64,000 bases of DNA from Lama glama (taxonomy: Eukaryota): assembly GCA_028534125.1 (NCBI GenBank), contig CM052849.1:1674001-1738000 (forward strand), written 5' to 3'. A model generated the notes under the pieces. It saw nothing but the letters and a program-made list of their open reading frames with translations. It did no database searches and was not told the origin of the DNA. Of the stretch, positions 37,601-49,600 are shown in pieces. Within the stretch, counting starts at the first letter, position 1. Each line of letters starts with the position of its first letter. The position numbers were made by a program, and so were the translations under genes.

Positions 37601-40600
37601 CACCCCTGGTCTGGAGTGTGCACTGCCAGTCCCTCTCCCTGTCCCCAACCCCCTCAGAGTAAGATTTAAACTGTTGACTGTTTCTTTGGTGATTATGGGT
37701 TCATTTAGATTTTCTGTTCTAAAGTCAGTAATGTTTTTGGAATAGTGTCCATGTAAGCATCAGCTTGCTCATCGCATTTGTTTATGATTATGAAACTCTC
37801 TTTAGCACCTTTAGTTATGCCCCCTCTTTCATCACTGAAACCATTTATTTGTGCTTCTTTTCCTCTTTCTTGAAAAATGAGTCTTTAATGAAGTTTATCA
37901 AAATCAGTTTTTTTGAAACTACCAGCTGTTGGTGTATTGATCAATTTTTTTCTTTGCTTTCTAGTTCATCCATTGCCACTTCAGTATTTATTTTTTTTTT
38001 TACTTTCTTTGGATTTGCTTTGTGTTTTTTTCTAACTTACTGAAGTAAATGCTTATTTTAGTGATCACTCTTCTAATACATGTGTTGAATATTGTAAGTT
38101 TTCCCAAGTATACTTTTAGTTGCATGCCATGAGCATGGTGTTTGCTATCTTTATGTAATTGGTTTCCAATTTTATTGAATTATGTTCAGAGGTTGTGATC
38201 TACATCATATCTGGTCTTTAGAATTTGTTGAGACTTGCTTTTTGTCTAGTTTCGGTAAAAATACCATGGATGCTTGAAAAGAAAGTATGGTTTGCTAATA
38301 GTTGGCATAACAGTAGCCATTGGGTCTAACATCCACGGACACCACCTCTTCCGTGATCCTCACTAACGTCTGTCTTCGAGATTTCCTTGGCCCTCCTGGG
38401 ATGAGTCATCTTACGTTACAACTATTTAATTCATGGTCCCTCGTGGGAGTCTGATCTCCCCAGAGCAGAGTTGGTGTCTCCCTGCCCAGCATAAGAAGGT
38501 GCTCAGTAGATATTTCGGGGGACAGATGAATGGCTTGGTGGACAAGTGTAGCACTGCTTGAAGCTGGTGGGGTGCTGGATGGGGAGCCTTGAGTGGCCCC
38601 TCGGCTTCCTCGAAGGTGACTACCACCCCCTAGCAAGACAGGCCCAGACACACCCCTCAGGGTAACAGAGCTGGTGGCCCACTGTGCCCGAGGGCTGCGG
38701 GCCCCCCCGCCAGGCACCTCCTCCGTCACCGCTGTAGGTGCGCGTACTCCAGAAAGAGCTTGCCGCATCCACCTCTGAAGACACTCATCCATACAAGGAG
38801 GAGCTGGAGACGGCCTTGGAACAGTGCTTCTACTGCCTGTACAGCTACCCCAGCAAGAAGAGCAAGGCCAGGTACCTGGAGGAGCATTCGGCCCAGCAGG
38901 TGAGGGCGCCGCCTGCCCCTGCTCAGGGGCTGGGCTTGCGGGAGCCTGTGCTCCCTGAGGGTGTCAGGTTTGCTGTCTCACAGCCCGGCAGGTGAGCTGG
39001 AGTTGTGTCAGGTGGACTAGTCTCATCGAAATCCCGAGGAAAACGGCTTTCCTTTCAGAGACTAATTTCGTAAATGTTGACTAATCATTCAGAAATGCAG
39101 ACTGGCAATTTCCAGTAGATTCCCCCCAGTTTGGATAACGCATATCATTCCTTAGAAAGTTTCCTTTTTTTGTTTTGTTTTGTCTTTTGTTTTTCTTTCT
39201 TTCTTTTTTAAAAAAAGTTTTCTAATGGCGGGGAGGTAATTTTAGGCTTATTTATTTATGTTTTTAAACAGAGGTACTGGGAATTGAACCCAGGACCTTT
39301 TTTTCATGCTTGGCATGCACTTTACCACTAAGCTATACCCTCCCCACATAAGGTTTCCATTTTTTATCGTGTGGTTTTCAGACCACTAGTAGGTGTGTCA
39401 TTTTATGATATGGCTTCTTAACACGGTCAGTTATTCTTTGACCTTAAGGGAGTTCATCCCCTAAACGTGCACTCCATTGAGCAGGGCCCCTACAGTGTGC
39501 AGACCCACCCTGGTCCAGAGCTAGTGCTTGGTCAGTACTTGTCAGCCAGAGGACCGACTGGACGCTGGGGCACAGGGGGCGTCTGGTCTGCCCCTCACAC
39601 TTATCCCTGAACCTGCCTCTTGTGTGGCCTCGTGACACATGAGTGCGCCCTCGGTTCCAGTGTTTGTCTTCATAAAGTCTGGGCTTGCACTGGTTCACAT
39701 TTCTGCTCACCAGACACCTGGGTTTGGAGATTACAGTGGGTGAGCAGGTATTTTAAGTACATAGGAGTCATTTTAGGCTCTCTGTGTATTGTGAGCTGGC
39801 CTACATCAGACACCATGCATTTCCGTGGATGAACTCCCCATGTTCTTTACCTGGACCACACAGTGACCCGCCTCTGCCTTCTTTCCAGATGGACCTGATA
39901 TGGGAGGATGCCCTGTTCATGTTTGAGTATTTTAAGCCCAAGACTCTTCCTGAATTTGACAGCTACAAGACCAGCACCGTGTCTGCTGACTTGGCCAACC
40001 TCCTCAAGAGAATCGCCACCATCGTGCCCCGCACGGAGAGGCCAGCCCTGAGCCTGGACAGAGTCTCTGCCTACATTGAAGGCACCTCCACTGAGGTAGG
40101 AGCTTGGCGCCTGGACCGCGTCCCACACCGCTGCCGTCAGGGCCCTGGTCACACCTGAGTCCCTGCTCTGCCTCCCTGCATCCTTGCCCTCTCACCTGCC
40201 AGGTGCCCTGCCTCCCAGAAGGGGCTGACCCCTCCCCTCCAGTGGTAAATGAGCTCTACTACCTCCTGGCTGATTACCATTTCAAGAACAAGGAGCAGTC
40301 CAAGGCCATCAAGTTCTACATGCATGACATCTGCGTCTGCCCCGACAGGTCAGTGCTGCTGCGGTGAGGGGAGGCAGCTCAGCTTGGGGTTTCCCTGCCA
40401 CCAGTGGGGAGGCCCAGGAGGGAGAGAGCGCGGAGAGGGTGGTGCCAAGGAAAGGCAGACTCTCAGAGAGAAGAGCAGCACAGGGCTGTCTTCCCCAGCC
40501 CCGGGGCGGCCTAGGCTCAGAGCGGGCAGCAGACGTCCACCTGTCCCAGCCTAGTCTCCTGGCCCCTGGCCCCCCAGAGTCGGCTGGTGAGGCTCTAGCT

Positions 40601-43600
40601 TTTTCTGCTACAATCTTTCTTATTTAGTTAAAGTATAGTCAGTTACAGTGTGTCAGTCTCTGGTGTGCAGTGTCTTTTGACTATGGTCGATTTCTTTCTT
40701 GGGGCAGGGAGAGGGTAGTAGAAACCTCCGAGCCGGGAGTTCTGTCCCTGTCTGGCGCGGAGTGTTGGCAGCAGAGCCTCTTGTGAGGCTCCTGCTCTCT
40801 TCCTTGTGGGCCCTGGGAGCCTTCCTGAGAGTTCACGGGGGCCGCGAGTTTCACCTCGCCAGGACCCAGCTGGCCGGGAAAGGGCTGGGATCTGTGGGGA
40901 AGCCAGTTGCCTGGCTTCTCCAGCAGCAGGCGAGGCTCCCCCGGATCCCCTTCTGCTCAGCCTGTGGTTTCCTCTAGGCAGAGAGGGTGGTGGCCCTGGC
41001 TGTCCTCCCCAGGGTCGCTGGGGGCTGGGCCATGTGTCAGAGCTGCGCCCAGGCTGGCCAAGTGCTCATCGCGAGAGACAGCAGTCACTACTGCCTCCAC
41101 CTCTGAAGAGAGGAGGTGACAATGCCCACTGGTCCCAGGGGGCGGGGAGCCTGGCATGGCCCCTCAGTCAGTGACATGAGGGTCACGACTGCTCTACTGG
41201 GCCTTCCCCCAGCCTGCTCAGAAGGCATCAGCCCTCAGGCCTGGAGAGGCCCCTGGGAATGTGGGACTTGGTGGCCCTGGGCCTTGTTTGTCCGGGCCCT
41301 GCCCCCGCAGGCAGGCAGACACGAGCTCAGCCTCATCTTCTGTGCTCGCTAAAATGCAAGTTTGGGCACCACTCTTCTCCATACCTCTTGAGTCCGCTGG
41401 GTGCAGGGGAGCCGTGGCAGGCGGCTGGTGGACAGCAAAGCACTCTGGTGCAGTGCTTGGTGGCAGCTCTGTGGGGAGAGCAGAGCTCTCCCTTCTGTGA
41501 GGGCGCTGGCAGCAGTGTCTTACCCCCTGTGTGACAGACATTCTCCTGCTGAGCTAGAAGTGGTCCACCTTGGCTGGGCACTTTGTAAAGTGACATTTGG
41601 GGAGGGGGGAGGGGGGAGGGAGGAGCAGGCCCAGTACAGCTCAGCCCTCCACCATAGAAACCGCCCTGAGCCTGGTGCCAGGACCAGGCCTGCCCCGCAC
41701 AGGTGGGAGTGCAGGCCTCAGACATGCCCCTCCTGAGCTTATGTTGTCCCTGGTGCCCTGGTCCCTGTGGGTCAGTGCTCCTGTGTGGGCTGGGCACTGC
41801 TCTGCTCACATCAGGACCCATATCAGGATGAGGCTCCTGGTGGCCCCCGGGGGAGCATTTTAAGTTTTTGTGATAACATGTCTGTGTTCTTGTTCACTTG
41901 TGTTGGTGACGGGAGACAGCGGTTTCTGTTTTGATCTAGGGCAGGTACGTTGGCACACACGTGATGTGGCCCCTTCTCTCACGGTAGGGTGGCGGGGTTG
42001 CTGCAGACGCTCGGGAGTTTAGAGAGGAGATGCCCCAGTGTGGAAGGCACTGGCCCAGGTGGAGAGTCCCTGACAGGTCCCACATCTGTGGGGGAGGCTG
42101 ACACCCACCCCGTGCTTGCCCCCCGGGGCAGTCCCCCCAGGAGGAAGGGTTGCAAACAGGACCTGCCTCGGGGCGCAGCCTGCTCCGTTGCTGTCCTCCA
42201 TCACCACTGAGTCTCCAGGCTTCTCTCCTGCTCCCTCACTGGTGCTTTCTCGTCCTTGGGGCTGGGACTGCAGTAAGCGTATGTGTGAGCCTCGCAAGCA
42301 ATGCGTCTCCCTGACCTTACATGCCCTGGGGAAGCCAGGGGGCTGGTTGTGAGGTTAGGTTGAGGGGCAGCTAGGAATGCTTGGCTTATGGAGGGCAGCA
42401 TCTGCCCAGGAGGCTGCTGCCTTGTCTGTTCTCTGTGCTGGGAAGTGCCAGACTCTCAAGGGCCTCGAAATCGTCTTAATGTCTCAGAGAGGCTTCTGCA
42501 TTCTCACTGTCAGTTTCTTCAGGGTGGTCTCAGGGTGCTGGGGGCTCAGCCATCATGTGGTCCCCTTGTTGTCCACCTTGCTGCTGGGGACTGAGCTGGA
42601 GAGGGCAGGGTCTGTTCAGGGTCCCCGTGGGAGAACCGGGTGGAAGCTGGGTGGCAGGGGTCCTGGGTGCCCCCTGCTGCTGGTCGCTGAGAGTGGAAGG
42701 CCGGCTTTGCCAGGGTGGGGTCGGCAGGGTTACAGGTCACAAGGTTGTGCTGTGGCCGGGCCATTGTTCTGCACCTGTAGAGCAGCCCCTTTCCTCCCTG
42801 TCAGAACTGTCCTGCAGAGACCCCCTCCAGGCAGGGGAACAGAGGCAAGCTGAGTGACAGGCCAGTCTGTACTGGGGGTGGTCTGTGGGCTGCAGGTGGT
42901 GGTGGTGCTTAGAGCAGTGGCTGGGCGCCCGTGAGGGCCTGGGTCACCTGCGCTGGTTGGGCGCTCTCCCTTTGAGGTGGGTCTGCAGGGCCATATTCTG
43001 TGGGTCAAGGACCGAGGCTCAGAGTTGTGGCTGGACAGGTGATGGTTGCAGAGTTAGCGAGGGGCGGAGTTAGTCCAGGTGGGCACTTCGCCTGTGGACG
43101 GCAGGTGAGCTAGTGCCCTGTCATGACTGCAGGTTCGATTCCTGGGCAGGCATGGCTCTGGCCCGGGCCAGCCGCATTCAGGACAAGCTGAACTCCAATG
43201 AGCTGAAGAGCGACGGGCCCATCTGGAGGCATGCCACGCCTGTCGTCAGCTGCTTCCGGCGGGCGCTAGAGATCGATAGCTCCAACTTGTCCCTGTGGAT
43301 TGAGTTCGGCACCATGTCCTACGCCCTGCACTCCTTCGCCTCACGCCAGCTGAAGCAGTGGAGGCCTGAGCTGCCCCCCGAGCTCGTGCAGCAGGTGAGG
43401 ACAGGGCTCAGTGGCAGTGTGATCCCTGGCCCAAGGACACCCAGTGGGTGAGTCCAGGGCCCGGCTCCTGGGACTGGATGGCTGAAGAGTAGGGCCATTG
43501 AGAGGCAGCCGTCTCTTCTTTGTTCCCTTGTGCAATTCTTGACACTGTTGGGAAGTTTGAAGCCCTCTTGTGGGGTTTGCCCAGTGTAGGGTGCTGGGTG

Positions 43601-46600
43601 TCTGGCCCAAAGTCTGTGTTCTGCAGGACACCCTTGGCTCCTTGAGGTGGAAGTGAAGGGCCAATGGGCAGGTTTGGGCGGGTGTGGCAGTAAGACACCA
43701 CCTCCAGGAAGATCTCCCAGGAGCGCAGGGTGCTAAGGGGGCCTGTACTTGAACTGATCATTTGCAGTCAAATCCCAGAATGTGACAGTGGCTCTGTTAA
43801 TAATCGGGGTATTGCTGGGAGGATTCAGTGATGGAAGACCCTCAGCCATGGCTGCTACCCTCATCTTCTGACAGCCCCTCCATCTTTGAGGGGCTCTCTG
43901 TCTTCATGCCCAGGACTCTCTTGTGCCTGGCAACCCTGCAGAACAGGTCACGGGCTCCCAGAACCCTTGGCCTCGTGATGCCCCACCTCCAACATTGCTC
44001 TGAGTGGGGGAGTCCCAGCGCTGCAGAGAGGTCACAGCTCTTTGTTGCTCTTTCTGACTAACATGGGGTGTGCTTGGTGTGGAAGCTAAACTGATAGGGA
44101 AGAACGCGAAAGGGACGCAGCAGTGACGGGAGGGTGATGCTGCTGGGGGCTCCTGGAGAGGGACCATCCAGCAGTGAGCGTCATGGTGCTGTGACAGCCC
44201 TTGCCAGAACCTGGTGCTCACAGTCTCTCCTTCCTCTGCCCTGAGAAGAGATGGGAGGAGGCTGGGGCCATGGAGAGGAGGGTCCAAGACCCTGGGCACT
44301 GGAGCAGCTGCCCGGGCCCTGCACAGTCCTCACTGCGGTGCCCAGCCCCAGAGTCCTGGGGTGAAGGGACACCTGCCTGGAGAGTGGACGTCCTGCGAGA
44401 ATAGCACCCAGGACACTGGCCCAGAGCTCCTCACGCAGGGGCGGGAAGAGGTGGTGGTCCCCGTGGGAAAACCTCGTAGAGGCTGGCCCTCTGTCCTGGC
44501 TGACTCTGCAGGCAGTAGGTTCCGCCCCAGACGCACAGGCTCCCAGTCAGCGGGCAGTGAACGGGGCTCGGGATCCGCCCTTCCAAACACCCTGGTCCCT
44601 AGGAAGTGTGCAGAGGAGGGGGCGAGAAAACCTGCCGTGGCCCGGGCCTGTCCCCCCAGCTCTGCCTGCTTACCATGAAGGGGCGCGAGACAGCTGCGCT
44701 GCCTGCAACAGAGGCTCGTCTTGGAACTGCCCATGGCCCAAGACTGCCGCCATGCGGGAGCTGTTGCGGGCTCCCCGCAATGCCGGCCGCAGTTCCTGCT
44801 GTGGTCTCCCCTGCCCAGGCACAGGGACTCTCTTTGCTGCCACGCAGGTTGTGGTTGGGGTCTTTAGAGGCTGTCCTGTGGGTTCTTCATGAGCCTGTAA
44901 CAGTGTTAGGTCCTGCAGGAGGAGGTAGAAGAAAGAACAAGTCAGCGGGTGAGCTGGGTGTCAGTCCAGCCCTGTGCCGTGCCTGATGTGTGCGACCCCG
45001 AAGTCTCCGGGCCTCCTGGTGCTTAGCCTCCCACAGTGGAATGGTGGTCGCGTTTCTGGGTTTTGGGGCTGCTGGGAGGATCCCACGTCTGCAGTCAGGC
45101 CGCTACACGGTAAGGAGGGCTGAGGCTGGCTGGGCACTGTTGTCTCATTCCAGATGGAGGACCGGCGGGACAGCATGCTGGAGACTGCCAGGCACTGCTT
45201 CACCTCGGCGGCCCGCTGCGAGGGTGACGGGGACGAGGAAGAGTGGCTCATCCACTACATGCTGGGGAAGGTGGCTGAGAAGCAGCAGCAGCCGCCCACT
45301 GTCTACCTGCTGCATTACCGCCAGGCTGGCCACTACCTGCATGAGGAGGCGGCCCGCTACCCCAAGAAGATCCACTACCACAACCCCCCCGAGCTTGCCA
45401 TGGAGGCCCTGGAGGTGACACTGTGCAGGGTGGGGGTGGAGGGCCGTCCGGCTCCCTGGGGATGGGGCTCACGGTCCCAGTGACACCCCTGCAGCAGCTG
45501 GAACTTATCTGTGTGCAGTTCAGTTCACACAGCCTTTTTTCCTTTGTCTCTGAGGGGCGCTCGCTGTCCTTTCTGAGGAAGGGAGTGTTTGGTCTCTCTT
45601 CTTTAGCACACTAGTCTGAGAATCAGGTTCAGTGGTGATGTGAGAGTAGCATTCATGCCCTTGGCCTGGCAGGAGGGGGCCGGCGCCCTCGTCCCCAGGT
45701 GTGGGTGAGAGACTGCTACTGCAGGGTGTGCCCAGGGCACCCAGCCTGGCAGGACTGAGCCAGGGGCCGATTCGGGGCCCTCCACTGCCCCCTCAGAGCA
45801 GAGCATGTGTGGACTGGGATTTGTGCCTGTGATTTCCCAGTGCTCACCCTGTGCTCTCACTGGTGCCCATGGCCTTCCTGGGAGGGTCTGTTGGCTGCAG
45901 CCAGCGTGCTTCGTGGGGAGGAAATTGAGGACACAGTGCAGATCTGGGTGCGTTTGTCTTCCCTAAGCCCTGGGCTTGTTAGCTTCACCCTTTCTGAGGC
46001 TGTGTGTCCATTCCCGCGAATCCCACATGTCCCGAAAGCTTGAAATTTGGGACAGAATCTGCTTACTTATGCCTTTTTTGCACTTAGGTATTTTTTTTTA
46101 TTATAAAATGAACACAATTCATGGTTAAAAAGAAATATGAGAATCAGATAATTCAGAGGTGTTTGAAGTGGGAGGTTAAAGTGCCCTATGGCCCTCGTTC
46201 CCTAGCCCCAAAAATGCGTATTAACAGTTTGGCCGCGTCCTCGTCTTTCTAGATTTGTTTCCTACTAACATGTAGACATGGTAATGTTTCCTTTCTGTTT
46301 TTTGACTTGTCTTTCTTATTGGACAAGATGCAGTGGAGGGGGCTGGGGCTTCCTTCCCTGTCCCCTGGCCCTTGAGAAGCATTTGGGCTGGGATGCTGCT
46401 AGTCCACGTCTGTGTTGATGGTGGAGCTGGCCTTGAGTGAGGGCTGGGTGGGCCGGTCAGTGTGACTGACTGGCAGGGACGAGCCTTTGCAGTTTGGGAG
46501 GCAGCTCACACCCCAGTGTTGTCATCCAGGTGTACTTCCGGCTCCACGCTTCCATCCTGAAGCTCCTGGGGAGGCCTGACTCCGGGGTCGACGCAGAGGT

Positions 46601-49600
46601 GCTGGTCAGCTTTATGAAGGAGGCTGCGGAAGGGCCCTTTGCCAGGGGCGAGGAGAAAAGCGCGCCCAAAGCCTCAGAGAAGTGAGTGGCATGGACTCCC
46701 CCTCCCTTGGCCGAGGTGCTTCTGAGCCCGAGAGCCTGCGTGTGCAGCCCTGTCACCTCTCCCTAGCTGTGCCCACATCCTCAGGTGGCCCCTTCCCCTC
46801 TGGGGACTGCATTTTCATACTGCAACCTCCTGCCCCTTGGCCTCTTCTGCAGGGAGCCCCTGAGGGCCTGGTCTGCTACCCGTTCTCCCAGGAGGCTGGA
46901 AGGGCTGTGGGAGGTGTGGGCTCCTCCTGTGGCCTCAGAGAGCTCGGGGACACTAGGGTCCCAGTGTGGTTCCCTCTGTGGGCCTGGGACAGACCCCCGG
47001 GCCTCCTCTTGCTGTGGGTGGCCTTGCGTCCTCATCCCAGAGTTTTGGCTCAGCTTGCCCTGTCTTGGGGCCCCCTGGCCGGGCACTGTGAGGGCTCTGC
47101 CAAGGGCCAGGGAGACCCCACCCGGGCCTGTCCTCCAGACTTGTCAGCGATGGGACAGGTGGACGGGTGGGTACAATGTGCCCAGAAGTTATAGTCACAA
47201 AGGGCCCCCAAGGCACAGTGATAATTCTTTTTTAAATAGCTTGTAATTCTTTTTCAGTTTATAAGTTACACGAATAATACACAAGCATATCCTAGTTACA
47301 GAAGATGCTAGTGGCACGTAAACACGTAGACTGAAGCGTGTCAGGTTCCCCTCCCCAGGGTTAGCCACTGTTCAGGTTGTTTCATAGGTCATTCTCTGTG
47401 TGTCTGCACACACTTACAGGTACGCTTACAAGTACAGTGATTCTTTTATAAAAACAAACTACTGGAGGTGTTCTAGAGTTTGCTTTTCCCCGAAGCGGGT
47501 CTGGGACCCAGTGCACAGAGGCGGCACCCCTCGTCTGTGGCTGTGCTCTCCATAGCTCGCGTGCACTGTGGTCTCTGTGGCTGCCTTGATGGGCGTGTCG
47601 GGCATGTCGGGTGTTTCTGTTTGTCCGTGGTGTTGCAGCAGATACCCTCATGCACCTGTGAGCGTGCGCTGAATCCAGTCGTCTTCTCCATCTGTGCACT
47701 TGGCGGGGTGAAATCTGTCAAGCCCTGGCTTTCACATGAAGGGGGCTGACTTGGCCTGGAGGGGTGCTGGGTGGCTGCTTCCGAGGAGGGGTCTCCCAGC
47801 CTGAGACTTGAGCTGCCAGCAAGCCCAGTCGTAAAGGTTGGACAGCTCCTGGCTCCTTCAGCCCCCGGACACTAGCCAGAGGGAACAGGTGTCACCAGAG
47901 TTCCTGGGAGCAGGGGGCCCTGGGGATGGTGGAGGAGGCCTGTGACGGTACCATCCAGACCAGCACTTGTCCTGTTTCAATGTGATGTGGAGGTTCTGAC
48001 CTGCACCCCANNNNNNNNNNNNNNNNNNNNNNNNNNNNNNNNNNNNNNNNNNNNNNNNNNNNNNNNNNNNNNNNNNNNNNNNNNNNNNNNNNNNNNNNNN
48101 NNNNNNNNNNNNNNNNNNNNNNNNNNNNNNNNNNNNNNNNNNNNNNNNNNNNNNNNNNNNNNNNNNNNNNNNNNNNNNNNNNNNNNNNNNNNNNNNNNNN
48201 NNNNNNNNNNNNNNNNNNNNNNNNNNNNNNNNNNNNNNNNNNNNNNCCAGTCTCGGGGGAGGGCGCTTTGGGCAATGAGTCGCTTTGTTTTGGTGAGGGG
48301 GGTGCTGGGTCTGGGGTGACACGGGCAATGTTGCGGCTGCTCATTAACCTCATGGACCCTCGTGATCCTGTGCTTCCCAGACATGCTCGGGGTCGCCGCC
48401 TGCCACCGCCCGCCTGGGAGCCCTCCGATCTGCATTTCCCCACCTGCAAAATGGGGACGTTAAGGGCAGTTGAAAGGCTGTTGGTGTCCGCAGGAATAGC
48501 ACGTCCTTCTGACGGTCGGGGAGGGTCGAGGGAATCCGGGCGGGTTGGTGGTGGGGGTCAGCTGGCTTCCCACGCGGGATGGGCAGATGGCGGCCCGTCC
48601 ACCATATCCCTGACTAACACCGGGAGGCTTGCATGCTGGCCTCACAGCTCCGTCTTCACATTCTCCTCACTGTTAAAACGATGAACCAGACTGGTGGGCC
48701 TGGAGGGCCGCAGCGTGGAGCCCTGGGGGAGTGACAGTGCTGAAGGCCATCTGGGCCCTTAGCCCTGTGTCACTCAGCTCATCAGGCTGCGTGCGCGCGC
48801 CCAGGAGACAGGCTGTGAGCACAGGGCCAGGGCAGGACTGCTGTAGGGCGACAGGGAGGCAGGGCCTCACTTCCCGGGGTGCAGTTTGTGATCTGAGAGC
48901 AGAGGACGCTGGTGATGTCTCCTCTGGGTTCGGGATGGTGTGTGCGCAGAGACCAGTCTGAGCATGGGCCACAGGGGTTGTGCCTGGCCGGGGCACTGGC
49001 CCACCTGCTGCCTGCACTGTGGTCCTGGTCCTGATCCTTCCCTCCTACTCACCTCAGGTTCAAGGACTCCCCAACCATTTACTCCTGAGAACACTGAAAA
49101 GCATGCTGGAGACAAGTCCTTGCTCTGGGAGTTCTTCCTGCAGGATTCTTCCTTCCTGTGAGGCTTTAGTGCAGGCAGGTGTGGGGAGAGAGGCTCTCCT
49201 CTCAGGGTGTCCCTGAGCCTCCTGGGTTTGGGGGAGGGCCGTGCCGCCGCCCCACACCACTGCCAGCATCCCGCCCGGGCACCCGTGTGTGCGCAGAGCT
49301 GTGGAAGCAGGGTGCTGGGGGCAGGTGCTGGTGGGACCTGTCCTGGGTGCCACCAGAGTGTGTCCGGTTCTGGAAGTTTGTAGAGGAAGCCGTGTGAATA
49401 TGCTGAAATATAATTTCCATGGTTGTGTATTTTTGAATGGTGGTAAAAATTTTTTGGCATTGATTCTTGTCGGTGGTGTGGGGCCATCGAGATCGCTTGG
49501 CCTGCCTTTGCTGGTCCCAGCCGGTGTCCTCACCCAGCTTGGCTGTGCAGGCCTTTGGAGCTCTCACCCCTCACCCTGGGGAGAAAGCAGTGTCCGCAAT

